The notes: generated from the letters alone by a model not told the origin. A DNA stretch of 64,000 nt from Malacoraja senta (GCA_038087875.1 CM076001.1:498001-562000), one strand, 5' to 3'; shown: positions 1 to 11,667, numbered from the stretch's first letter. A program made the numbers and translations.

Positions 1-645
1 AAATCATTATACAATGCAAACAGGAAGTTACCCAAAGCACCCAAACCACCATTTGAAGTAGTGCCTTTTAACTTCAAGCCAAAGCACCCAAACCACCATT
101 TGAAGTAGTGCCTTTTAACTTCAAGCCAATGCACCCAAACCACCATTTGCAGAAGTGCATTTTAACTTCAAGCCACAGCACCCAAACCACCATTTGCAGT
201 AGTGCCTTTTTACTTCAACCCAAAGCACCCAAACAACCATTTGCAGGCAGTGCCTTTTTACTTCAAACCAACCATATTTTCATTTTCAAACCACATTAAG
301 GGGACTCACAGTTGAGTAGACATGTGTTCAGTGCTATTCAGAGCTCAGAGAGACGTGACCCTCTGGCTTCCTCCATCTTGCAGAGACTGAGTGCGGCACA
401 CCACTTCCTGGTTTTATAGTCTCCCCCCTCCCTCCAGCAGGGGCAGCAGAGAGAATGGCAAATGTTTTAAAAACATTAATATCTCTCTAATTTTTCATCG
501 ATGGGAAAAATCCTCTGGTCCAGGAAGGCGGACGTGGGCTCTGAGTGAGGTGGCCAAAAATGACGGCCGTAGGTGGTGGCGTTCTCTCGGAAATCAAACC
601 ACAGTGGGCCAAAAGCAGTCAAGATCAGACTTTTAGTAATATAGA
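1..645 (-). mobile_element. Non-autonomous Helitron copy A (5' part; continues off the window edge)
   Basis: Minus strand begins A|TCTATATTACTAAAAGTCTGATCTTGAC at 645, the same head as copies at 7141, 29880, 37356 and 57188. Confidence 0.75.
32..270. repeat. 47-bp tandem array (about 5 copies) inside Helitron A
   Basis: Unit CCAAAGCACCCAAACCACCATTTGAAGTAGTGCCTTTTAACTTCAAG starts at 32, 79, 126 and onward. Confidence 0.9.
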
Positions 646-768
646 TATAAAGCGAGGTAGAATTGAAAATTCGCAATAATTTTGTATTGTCATTTATGTC
701 TTGGAACTCTGACCAATACCTACTGGTTGTCAGAAAATGCCACATTTATTTGGGTGTTGTCCACTCAC

Positions 769-855
769 CTCCACTCCTTTCACTTGTAGTTTGCTGTTGG
801 ACTTAGTCAGGCAGTTCACTATATCCTCCCCACCTTGCAAATCTTCCAGTCTGTG
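769..855 (-). CDS. Internal coding exon (87 nt, phase 0-0) of an unidentified host gene: HRLEDLQGGEDIVNCLTKSNSKLQVKGVE
   Basis: Minus strand reads tctttttgtatctttttccag|CAC...GTGGAG|gtgagt. Strong acceptor and donor, only one frame open, non-repetitive sequence. Confidence 0.75.
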
Positions 856-877
856 CTGGAAAAAGATACAAAAAGAT

Positions 878-960
878 TCAGTCTGAAGAAGGGTCTCGAC
901 CCGAAACATCGCATATTCCTTTGCTCCATAGATGCTGCCTCATTCGCTGAGTTTTGTCTA
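878..960 (+). mobile_element. Penelope-like terminal-repeat fragment with hammerhead-like core
   Basis: CTGAAGA-A-GGGTCTCGACCC-GAAAC followed by the shared tail ...AGATGCTGCC...GCTGAGTT. Confidence 0.7.
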
Positions 961-1285
961 CTTTGTTGTCCAGCTTTCTAATCTACTTTTGAATCCTTTA
1001 CCTCTGTTATTATATGACAGATTCTCTACTGATCTAATGGTAGCATAACGTTAATAGTCATAAAGTTATCTGCATTCTAATGGATGAAAGGCAAGAACAA
1101 TACAATATTCCCCAAGATTTGTGTTCTGGGAAGGAAGAGAAAATAAAAGTTAACTACCACCATTTCAATAGCCCAGAACATTTCCAAGTGTTTTATGGCC
1201 ACCTAAATACTTCTGAATAATGATCTCTGTTACAACCACATCAATTTGTTTGCATGAAGCTACAGAGCCCAGTATAAAAATGTTA

Positions 1286-1828
1286 GTGTAGGAAGGAACT
1301 ACAGATGCTGGTTTAAACTGAAGATAGACACAAAATGATGGAGTAACTCAGCGGGACAGGCAGCATCTCTGGAGAGAATGATTGGGTGCTGTTTCGGGTC
1401 GAGACCCTTCTTCAGAAAAATGGTAGTGCCTTTTTCCCATACAAAGTAAGCTTGGGAGAAGATGTAAACTACATAAAATCCTAAGAAACTAATTTTCTTT
1501 GGGTCCAAGCAGAAAAATTACTCTTGCTTCTTTCTTATCAAAATCGCGTGTTTCTATTTTTTATGGATTAAAATATCCATAATCAAAGCAGTATGAAAAT
1601 TGGATCTGGGATACCCAACCTGACCCTGATGGTCTAAAACTTTCAGATTCTGAGGGTGCCATGCCAACCTGGCCCCAATCTTATCCAGGTCAGATAGACA
1701 CAAAAATGCTGGAGTAAGTTAACGGGATGGGCAGCATCTCTAGATAGAAGGAATGGGTGACGTTTTGGGTCAAGACCCTTCTTCAAACTTCTTCAGTGTA
1801 AAGCAGCATCTGCCATTCCTTCCTACAC
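1286..1828. mobile_element. Two Penelope-like terminal-repeat fragments (about 1286-1415 and 1693-1828)
   Basis: GTAGGAAGGAACTACAGATGCTGG...GTTTCGGGTCGAGACCCTTCTTCAG is the reverse complement of the module at 878; the second copy has inverted arms. Confidence 0.7.
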
Positions 1829-2974
1829 AATTGATCCAGGTCAGGATGATTTTCCTAGCATTATTGCAGTGGACACATTTGAGCAAATTACATCAATGCT
1901 AATGTATCTATCAAGTTGGGTCACGTATGGGAAAAATAAATCCTTAAATGCTTGTGAAGTTCTCTCTGGCTGGAATTTAATTTTATATGAAAAGGAATAA
2001 CAATTTTAGATTCAATTTATTGGTGTCTCTATGCCAACCCAAGTTAATTATTTTCCTGACAATGTTCTTTTTGGCTCAGTTCCTCAAAATTTTTTGTTAA
2101 TTAAACAGTTCTATTACATATCCGATGAGATTGATACGTTAAAGGCAGGACGGAAAGTGGTATTGTGGAAAGCTACAATGAGATCAGAGCCATTTAGGAT
2201 GCATACCATGTAATTTTTAAACATCAGGCACTTCCAGTCATTTAGCCTGACATCATTTGCTTGGAAATGTATGGATGAACAGAGAAGATTCCAGCCAGCT
2301 ACTTCAAAGATAACTGTCGATTCAGACAAAACAGTTTTAAAAAATGTCATCACCATATCAAAAATTGCTTGCATCTGTGCAAGCATGATAACCTCGAATG
2401 AGAAAAATTATAAACAAATCTGAGGATAATGAAAAGCAAGTATACTCGTGGTGTTTTAATATTCAAATGCCAGGGAATCTTCCATCTGTAAGTAATCGTC
2501 TTTTAATAAATAAGAACATCACAGTGTGAGGTGTATATACCAGACCAAAAGAGTAGCATCTGTTCATCGTTAAGTAATGATTGAATTATTAAAGTATGCA
2601 CTGGCTTGTTAAGTTATACCCTCGTCTGCAAGTTTTCACTGTGGTACTTGATCACAGTACGGAACTAAACATGGTTTAAGGAAATATCCTAGTGCTATAC
2701 CTGGCAGCATATTAATCAGAGCACAGGTTGGTCACACTTCATGGCCTGCCCTCAATGCTTTACATATGAAATTGTTTTATATTTCCAATTACTATTATTC
2801 TTACACCAATGTCCAAGCCATTTTTTAGGTCGCCTACTCTTCACCTGAGACCCTCTGTAAACTTTGTGCTCTCATGCCCTTTCATGGCTTGCCAACAGTG
2901 AAATGTTGACCAAGTTGAGATTTGAAGATGGTCTCACTCGTTTTTTTAATACTCTGGTACAACAAGGAACTGTT

Positions 2975-3100
2975 GTTTAGTTTAGTTTAGAGATACAACG
3001 TGGAAACAGTTGCTTCGGCCCACCATTCGCACTGACCAACGATCCCCACACATTAAAACTAGTCCTACACACGCTGGACAATTTTTATTTATGACAAGCC
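2975..3100 (-). mobile_element. HE1-like SINE 3' fragment
   Basis: TTTAGTTTAGTTTAGAGATACAACGTGGAAACAG...TTCGGCCCACC is the reverse complement of the SINE tail at 32640-32687. Confidence 0.7.
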
Positions 3101-3104
3101 AATT

Positions 3105-3960
3105 TACCAAGGAAAGGTACTCTGAGAAGTTGACGAGCAAGTTCTCAGCTAATGACTCATCTTCAGTGTGGAAGGGCTTGCAAGAAATCACCAGCTACAA
3201 GAGGAAACCCCTCCCCCCCCCCTCACACTCCTTGGACAATCGTCAGCTGAACAACAACCTGAATGAGTTCTACCGCAGATTCGATAGACAGAAACATAAC
3301 CCCGGTACCCCCTCACCCTCCCCTATCACCACTTCACACCCACTTATACCCTGACTCCAGTCTGCAAAGACTGGACCCTTCCCCATCCACCACTCCCCAA
3401 TCACCACTTCACACCCACATACAGCTTGACTCCAGTCTGCAAAGACAAGACCCTCGTCCACTACCCATGCCCTCCTTGCTCCAGTCTGGCCACTTCTCCA
3501 TCACTAACAATAGAAATTGAGGAGGTGGAGAAGCTATTCATGAGACAGAAAAGCCGGAAAATCTCCAGGACCGGACAATGTTTCCCCCTCTACCCTCAAG
3601 CTCTGTGCCGAACAACACCAATGTGCCATGCTACTACACTCCAAACTCTCCCAGTTGACTGTGCCTGAACCTCTCTGTCACTGGATCACCAACTTCCTGA
3701 CAGACAGGAAGCAGCATGTGAGGCTGGGAAAGCACATCTCAGACCCGCTGACCCTCAGCATAGGAGCACCGCAAGGCTGCGTACTCTCCCCTCTCCTTTA
3801 CTCTCTCTACACCAATGACTGCACCTCCACTGACTCCTCTGTCAAGCTTCTCAAGTTTGCGGACGACACAACCCTGATTGGACTGATCCAGGATGGGGAG
3901 GAATCTGCCTACAGACAGGAAGTGTCATAGGTGCCATCCTGGTGCCATCGCAACAACCTG
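3105..3960 (+). mobile_element. Rex1/Babar-type LINE internal fragment (partial RT, disrupted)
   Basis: ORF 3628-3930 contains GAPQGCVLSPLLYSLYTNDC and KFADDTTLIGLI; upstream peptide SSVWKGLQEITSYK. Confidence 0.85.
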
Positions 3961-3967
3961 AATAAGT

Positions 3968-4092
3968 CTGAAGAAGGGTTTCGGCCCGAAACGTTGCCTA
4001 TTTCCTTCGCTCCATAGATGCTGCTGCACCCGCTGAGTTTCCCCAGCATTTTTGTGTACCTTCGATTTTCCAGCATCTGCAGTTCCTTCTTT
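3968..4092 (+). mobile_element. Penelope-like mini-element with 16-bp flanking direct repeat
   Basis: Core CTGAAGAAGGGTTTCGGCCCGAAAC; AACAACCTGAATAAGT occurs at 3952-3967 and 4093-4108. Confidence 0.75.
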
Positions 4093-4099
4093 AACAACC

Positions 4100-4338
4100 T
4101 GAATAAGTTTATTGGCCAAGTATGTACACAAACAAGGAATTTGCCTTGGTGTTCCGCTCACAAGTAACAACATGACATACAGAAAACAATTAAAAATAAA
4201 ACATAAAACATTAAAACATTAAGAATAAAACATTATAGTTTAAACATGTGAATGAAATAAAATACGAGAGCAAAAGGAGGCTACAGACATTTGGTTATTG
4301 AGTAGAGCTACTGCTCATGGAAAAAAGCTGTTTCCATG
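4100..4338 (-). mobile_element. Rex1/Babar LINE 3' end
   Basis: Closely matches 28590-28830, which is the 3' end of a Rex1 RT ORF. Confidence 0.8.
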
Positions 4339-4344
4339 TTAACA

Positions 4345-5190
4345 ACGTTAGCTACTCTCTAGACCTCCGGCACCTCGCCCGTGGCGAGAGATGACGCAAA
4401 GATCTTTCTCAAAGCTTGCACTCTCCTCTCTTGCATCTCTCAATAACCTGCGATAAATCCCATCAGGTCCTCAGGATTTATCCACCTTACTGCTCATCAG
4501 GAGCCCCAATAATTCCTCCTTCTGAATCTCGATCTGCCCTTGCATATTAGTATTCTCCACACTGATCTCACTGTCCTCCGTGTCCTTGCCCTTGGTGAAA
4601 ACAGAAGCAAAGTTCTCGTTTAGTGCCTTGTTTACATCCCCAGACTCTTCTTTATTTGTGAGCAGGCCTACCTCCTCCCTGGTTATTCTCTTGTTTTTAA
4701 TATAGGTGTAAAAAGCTTTGGGATTGTCTTTATTCCTACTTACCAAAGCCATTTCATGGTCCATTTTGGCCCTTCTCATTGCCTGCCTCCATGAGTTCTT
4801 GCCTCCTTTCTTTATATTCCTCAAAGGCCCTGCCTGATTCCATCCTCTTAATCCTTGCATGCATTTGTTTTTGACCAAAGTTACAACCTCTTTGGTCATC
4901 CAAGGTTCCATTACGTTGCCATTTTTATCCCCCCTCCTTCCTTGAATGGGTTAGTATTGAAGTTCAATCAACTGGTCTTTAATGACTCCCACATGTCAGA
5001 CATGAACTTAACTCAATAATTATTGCCTCAGGTGAACACTCCCGAGCTCCTGTCTAATAGACTTACTTTGCTTTACTTCAATTTAGTAACTTCCTGCAAG
5101 GTCCAGCCTTCTCCCTATCCAAAACAATCTTTAAATTTATGGAATTGTGATTCCATAATGCTCTTCCACTGAAACTCCAGTCAGCCATTC
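4345..5190 (-). mobile_element. Old CR1 LINE fragment
   Basis: ORF 4471-4911 has DNPKAFYTYIKNKR, LNENFASVFTK and KVDKS(PGPD), the CR1 ORF2 EN-RT linker. Confidence 0.85.
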
Positions 5191-7574
5191 CTGAAGAAGG
5201 GTCTGAAGAAGGATATCGACCCGTAACATTACCCGTTCCTTCTCTCCAGAGATGCTGCCTGTCCTGTTGTTACTCCAGCAATTTGCGTTTATCTTCGGTG
5301 TAAACCAGCATCTGCAGTTCCTTGCTACACACTCCAGTCGCCTAGTCAGGTTCATTTTCCAGCAAAGTCCAGTATGTTCTTTTCTCAGGTTGCAATATCA
5401 ACATACTGTTTGTCGAATACACCTTCCATATTCTTGAGTATACCTCTTGGATACACCTCACAAATTCTGCCCCATGTAAGCATTTGGCACTGAGTGAGTC
5501 CTAGTCAATATTAGGAAAGTTAAAATCATCCATTAAGCCAACTTTGTTGCTTTAGCATTTTTCGAGAGCACGACCAGTGAATATTATGGAAGTTAAAATC
5601 ACCTACTAAGGCAACCATGTTGCTTTGGCATCTTTAGGTAATCTGTCTACATATAGGGGGCTGTAGGCCGTGGAGATTTTTTGTTCAAGTTCGTGACCCA
5701 ACTCACGGAACTACCTGAATTTTTAACATATTGTGTAAAAATATTATATAGATCATACCTGAAACTAGTCAAGAACAAAACCTGCACATTTTTTTTAAAT
5801 ATGAAAAAAACGTCCAATTTTCCGAGTAGTAATTGTCCAATCAATACACGTTTGACATTGAGGTCGGACGCAATTTGACCAATCCCGCACTTTGTTTTAT
5901 GATGCTAGGCAGCGAGGACCCTGGGATCATGGCTGCCTCCTCATTACATCGAAACAATAGCAAGGTTTCCAAGGAATAAGGATAATGCTCACCATGCTGA
6001 TAATTTTGTTTTTCAATTGATTTATCTTTATAAAGTTATGATGTGAACTGTTAAATAAAAATGATAAATAACAAATGTAGAGCTAGCCTAATTAATGGGT
6101 TAAGAGGGTTAGGGTTAGGGTCAGGATCAGGGTCAGGGTCAGGGTCAGTCGTTCGGTCAGTCTGTCAGTCGGGCTTGTCAGTAGGCCGATGGATGCTGTG
6201 GAGGATCGGTCGGGCTGTCAGGCTGTCGGGCTATCGGTAGGTGGTGAGAGTGGTCGGGCTGCCGGTGGGTCGTGAGAGTGGTCAGCCGGGCCAGGCCGCC
6301 GGTGGGTTGTGAGAATGGTCGGTCCACCGATGGGTGTTGTGAGTGGTCGGACAGCCAGTAGGTGCTGTGTGGGGTCAGTTGGCTGTCTGTAGGCCGGTGT
6401 TGCAGCGAGCGAGCAGGCGGTCTGACAGAGCTGGCGCTATGGGGTGCTGGCGGCCCTGGCAGCGTGCAGGGCAGTGCTGCTCCCCACCATCATCACCATG
6501 ATGATCGAGAAGGGCATGCTAGCCAAGGTGGACGCGCTGTGGGGCCACATGTACGGAGCCCGCAGCGGGTTCCAAAGCAGCTCCAGCTCCAGCTGTGGGC
6601 AGCTCTGGAAGGGGGACGAGTTAGGGTTAGGGTTAGACATTTTCTTGTCAGTAGTGTTTTCTGCCTTAGCCTTCCCCCAGCCTGGCACTTCCCCAGTCCC
6701 ACTATGGCCGTGACCGCCACTCTGCACACTGGCAGTCAGTGGGGTTCAGTAAATGGGGGAACCCACAGGAACTGCCCACACCCATTAATTAGGCTGGTTC
6801 AGGAGTCGGACCTCTGCGGCAGTCTCATTCGAAACACACACTCACAATTATATTAATTATATTATTTGTATATAATATAATTATACATAATTATATATGA
6901 TTACAGTTATATTCACAAGTCATATATATATATATTTTAATTATATAGACGGCAATTATATATATGGTATAATAATATATGGTTTAAATAGACTGCAACA
7001 CGGAAATAGGCTCCCCATGGTGCAATATGGGCATTGGACACTAGATGGCGCTTACCTTTTCGATCTCATTTTCTAATTAGTTTAATTAATTAATGTGCAA
7101 CTTTTGGCACTGACGAGCTATGACTTTCTGCTCAATTATATCTATATTACTAAAAGTCTCATCTTGACCACATCCTGTTGCACTCTATATTGATTTTAGA
7201 AAAAACGCTGCCACTTATGGCTGTGATTTTTGGCCATCTTACTCAGAATCCCCCTCTGCTGGTCAGGACAAGAGGATTTTTCCCATTGATGAAAAATAAA
7301 ATACTTATTAATGTTTTAAAAATGTTGAGATTCTCCCTCCTGAAGGCCACGCCCCTTCCAGAGGGACTATAAAACCCGGAAGTGTTGAGTGCCTCAGTCA
7401 GTCTCTGCAAGATGGGGGAAAGCGAGAGGGTCACGTCTCTCATTCTGAGCTGTGAATAACACTGAACACATGTCAACTAAACTATGAGTGCCCTTAATGT
7501 GGTTTGAAAATGCTTGCTAAAAGTGTGTTTTGGTTTGAAAATGTTTGCTAAAAGTGTTTGGTTTGAAAATGCAA

Positions 7575-7710
7575 AAGTTGCCTTGCCTAATTGAAAAGTT
7601 GCTTTGAGAATGCTAAAGTTGCCTTGCCTAATTGAAAAGTTGGTTTGAGAATGCTAAAGTTGACTTGCCTAATTGAAAATTTGGTTTCAGAATACTAAAG
7701 TTGCCTTGCC
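7575..7710. repeat. 41-bp tandem array in the first head of Helitron B
   Basis: GTTG(C/A)CTTGCCTAATTGAAAA recurs at 7577, 7618 and 7659. Confidence 0.85.
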
Positions 7711-8032
7711 GTCTATATAATTAAAATCTAATCTTGACCACTTCCTGTTTGAGCTGTATATTAATTTTAGGATAAACACTACCACATACGGCTGTGATTT
7801 TTGGCCATCTTACTCGGAGCCCCCCTCCGCTCATCAGGTGCCGAGGATTTTTCCCATCGATGAAAAATAAAAGAGTTATTAGTATTTTTTAAATGTTGAG
7901 ATTCTCTCTCCTGTCAATCACGCCATGAAGGCCACGCCCCTTCTGGTGGGAGGGGCTATAAAACCTGGAAGTGTGGGTGTGGCTCAGTCTCTGCAAGAAG
8001 GGGGAGGGAGAGGTCACGACTCTCTGTCTTTA

Positions 8033-8345
8033 GTGGCCTTGCACCCTGCTTGAAGTGGTAGGAAACTGCACTCGAATTTGGTGGCCTTGCACCCTGCTTG
8101 ATGTGGTATGAAACTGCACTCGAATTTGGTGGCCTTGCACCCTGCTTGAAGTGTTAGGAAACTACACTCGAATTTGGTGGCCTTGCACCCTGCTTGAAGT
8201 GGTATGACACTGCACTCGAACTCGGTGGCCTTGCACCCTGCTTGAAGTGGCAGGAAACTGCACTTGAATTTGTGGCCTTGCACCCTGCTTGAAGTGGTAT
8301 GAAACTGCACTTGAATTTGGTGGCCTTGCACCCTGCTTGAAGTGG
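8033..8345. repeat. 48-bp tandem array in Helitron B
   Basis: GGTGGCCTTGCACCCTGCTTGAAGTGGTATGAAACTGCACTCGAATTT repeated about 6.5 times. Confidence 0.9.
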
Positions 8346-9239
8346 CATTTCAAGGAACGGGTCCCACAGTCTAGTTATATCTAAATCTGTGCAAAATTTC
8401 ATGTAGTTCCGAGACATGGGTCACAAAAGTTGATTTCTAGACACATTTTTTAATCTAGGCCCACAGCCTAATATCTGTTCCTCTATCTCCTGCTTGCTAT
8501 TGATGTGACCTATAGTACAATCCTGTTAAAGTGCTTGCACCTTTCTTATTTCTAAACTTTACCCATATTGCCTCAACAGCCAAAGCCCCCCTATATGCCC
8601 TCTCTGTGCCACTATGACAATCTTGCTAATTAGTACCGCAACTCCTCCACATATTTGCCTCCCTCTCGATCGGTCTGAAACATCAGAACTCCAGAATAGT
8701 CATTTCCCTCTCACAACCACATTTCTGCAATGTCAACAATGTCATAGTTCCAAGCACTGATCCAGGCTCTAAGTTCATCTGCTATCTCCACAATACTTTG
8801 TATTGACATAAACACTCTTCAGTCCATCAGCATATTATTTCACCTCCCTGCCTGTCCTTCCCTTGAGGCTTCTGGTTCCAACCACTACCTTCGCATCAAC
8901 TCCTTCCAATTTCCGACAGCACCGTCTCTTTCGTTTAAACCTTCCCAAGTAGTACGTTGGTGAGGAAATACAATGTCAGCAGCTCAGTAACAAAAGGCAA
9001 ATGTACAAATTCAATAACATTTTTTTAAACTTTTTTCAATTTTTGTCTGCCAAAGATCAATTTCTTTTTTATAGCTCTTCATCAGTGACTTGGCAAAATG
9101 AACAAAACAGGCATTAAATATATATCATTTGCTCCAGCTTACAAACGTCTGCTCCAATTAAGGCCTCCCTCTCAAGCCCATTGGAATTGCTCCACCATTG
9201 CCTCTAAAATTTTCTGAAAGTTTCTGTACACTTCCCTGA

Positions 9240-9805
9240 TAGGTCTCTCTGAGACCTACCTGATCTCCTGGTTGCCAGACACCTTAATTCTCCTTCCCAT
9301 TCCCCCTTCCACCTTCCCAAACAGACTGACCTTTCTGTCCCGGGTCTCCTCCACTGTCAGAGTGAGGCCAAACACTAATTGGAGGAACAGCATCTCATAT
9401 TTTGCTTGGGCAGCTTTCAACCCAGTGGTAGGATTTTGATTTCTCAAACTTCAACTAAACCTTGCATCCCCTCTCTCTATCCATCCCTCCCCCACCCAAG
9501 TCATACTAGCTTCAAAGTCGTTTTGTTGAGTCTCATTGTCTGTACTTGTTCTCACATTGCACACAACTAACATGACCTGTTTCCTTTATCATTGTTCCTT
9601 TTTTGCATATCTTTCATTCGTTTGTTCTATATCGCTCTACATCACCGTCTATACCTCTCATGTCACTGTCCCCTGACTCTTATTCTGAAGAACGGTCTCG
9701 ACCTGAAACGTCACCTATTCCTTTTCTCCAGAAATGCTGCCTGACCCGCTGTCACTCCAGCTTTTTGTGTCTATCCAATTTAAACCAGCATTTGCAGTTC
9801 CTTCT
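9240..9805 (+). mobile_element. Penelope-like element 3' fragment (GIY-YIG C-terminus plus terminal repeat)
   Basis: Peptide LEEQHLIFCLGSFQPSG preceded by degenerate VARHLNSPSH; hammerhead-like core at about 9685-9712. Confidence 0.8.
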
Positions 9806-10840
9806 ATCTTTCCTCCCTTAAAGCGATCCTTAAAATCTACCCCTGACCACGATGTACATCATCTGCCTGGATATCATCTTTTGCAGCTCAGTGTCAGGTA
9901 ATCTTTATCTGATAACAACCCTTTTGAAGTATTTTAGGACATTTTTGTTATCTTAATGATATGGACATTGTTGTTCACGTCTTCGCTGTCCGAAGGGGGA
10001 TTATATGTTGAACTGTTTTGTGAAAATTGGACAGGTCAACACTCTTCCCTGCTCTGACATAATGGTATGGGGAAAGATCTTGAACTATAACATACTTTTC
10101 GTGACCCTAAGACATGCCAGTGCAACCAATTAAGTGCTTTTGAAGTGCAACCTCTGTTGGATTGTTGGGAACTCGACACCTAATTTTCTACAAAGTCCTG
10201 CAAACAGCAACAGCCAGAGTTTCTGTTTCAGTGACGCTGGTGGAGGGTAAAATATTGGCAAGTAAGACAAGAAATCCCTTTTGGACTATGCCATGGAATT
10301 TGTTTACATTCTTCTTTGGGGAGAAATGTTGTCTTGATTTAATGCCACGACGTTACGAAGTATTTATTGTAGTCCCCACTGGTCCCCCTTTGTTCTCGGC
10401 AGCCCCTCTCCCCCGCCCACGCCGGGTCCCCCTTTGTCTTGGCGGCACACCCCTCCCCCCCCCCACGCTGGGTCCCTCTTAGTTCTCAGTGGCGCATCGT
10501 TGACCGACCTCCGGCACCCACTGCATGTCCAATCGACCTCTGGCACCCACTGCCGGTGAGTCCCAGGTTAGTTTTAATACAAACAGCACCGGGGCCTTCT
10601 GTACAGCACCGGGGCCTTATGATGCAGTATTTCTCAATATTTAGCTGCACAGAGGATGAGAATCTTCACAGTATTTCCAATCAAACATAGCGAGGAAGTC
10701 TCCAAATGCAAGAACATCCTGACTGGTTAATCAAAGATGGCGTAGAAAACGTTGGACAACAGGGGAGACAACCAAGGTGGCAAAGGAAGTTTCAAACACA
10801 GTTTGCAAGATCAAGCTTTGCAGATCCTTTAATATATTAG

Positions 10841-10903
10841 CTAGTGAGAGGATTTTTGAGATCGGAATTCGTAGTCCAGATGCGAAAGAGACTCCAATAA
10901 AAT
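10841..10903 (-). CDS. Candidate terminal coding exon ILLESLSHLDYEFRSQKSSH*
   Basis: Acceptor tttcatttatttttcattag|ATT; the phase-0 reading continues the heptad register of exon 33561-33665. No transcript or homology evidence. Confidence 0.3.
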   Translation of the reverse strand: MLLESLSHLDYEFRSQKSSH

Positions 10904-11667
10904 CTAATGAAAAATAAATGAAACTCGGCCATGCTCCTGAAATCAAAAGCACATCATTATGCCCACACTGCTAACATGCTTATGCCTGGAAAACAAAACT
11001 AAGTGGACGTATTTCCCACCCGTGCTGGATGCCATTAAAAACGCACACATTTATAACATTTCTGGTAGGAATTAATTTCCTCAATAACCTCCTCTTGATT
11101 CTTACAATAATTTATTACGTAAATAGTTTGACAAGTCGATTCATCCTTAAATCAGTGTAGATTAAAGACGACTTCCGACTTTATTTGGCGTGATATGAAT
11201 AAATCCTTTCTTTAAATTATTATTACTTGAATCCACAGGACTCAACATCTGAGAATATAAAATGTGAACTGTCCACGATCACTGGCTTATTTTCTTGCTC
11301 AGCCCTAACTGGATCTTGAAAGTCTGATGTTTGAACGTCAGTACAAGGACACGAAATACACATCTGTTTCATTGTTCATTCATTCAATGAATCCAAGTCA
11401 ACCATTCCTTACAGGGGTTTGGAAAAAGTACAGCTCCATACACCTGTTGCCGCCTGGCAGCATTTACAAGCAGTTTATCAAGATCTTGACTGCCTTTTTT
11501 ATTGTCTACGAATGAAGTAAAATGCTTTATACCTTCCGGAGACTTTAAAATCAGGATTTCAATACATTGCGCTTACAAAGTTAAGAGGTTCCTGAAATTC
11601 CTGGAATTCTGGAAAGATCCCACATATGTATGCCACCGGTATATTCCAGGATATTATTTGGCTTAGA

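Larger units (their letters stand above)
7141..8374 (+). mobile_element. Non-autonomous Helitron B (two tandem 5' heads, at 7141 and 7712; one 3' end)
   Basis: Begins A|TCTATATTACTAAAAG, ends GGGTCCCACAGTCTAG|T; inserted between A and T with no TSD. Confidence 0.8.
5655..8470. mobile_element. Unclassified non-autonomous TIR DNA transposon, interrupted by a Helitron at 7141-8374
   Basis: Imperfect TIRs of about 75 bp: GGCTGT(A/G)GGCC and GTGACCCA..CGGAACTAC.TGAA.TTT at both ends in inverted orientation. ATAT flanks both sides (5651-5654, 8471-8474). Confidence 0.6.

Noticed and set aside
2031..2490. ORFs in unique-looking sequence
   Set aside because: No consistent acceptor/donor pair with an open frame and no recognisable protein motif.
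3326..3460. 75-bp internal duplication in Rex1
   Set aside because: Small duplication in a low-complexity linker of a dead LINE; no sign of a separate function.
6362..6856. 164-aa ORF with a His run
   Set aside because: Low-complexity GC-rich interior of a transposon; no domain signature.
8014..8417. Repetitive ORFs, or a CRISPR-like appearance, in the 48-bp arrays (also 37689-39290)
   Set aside because: Tandem units with no unique spacers inside Helitrons; no cas genes; eukaryotic DNA.
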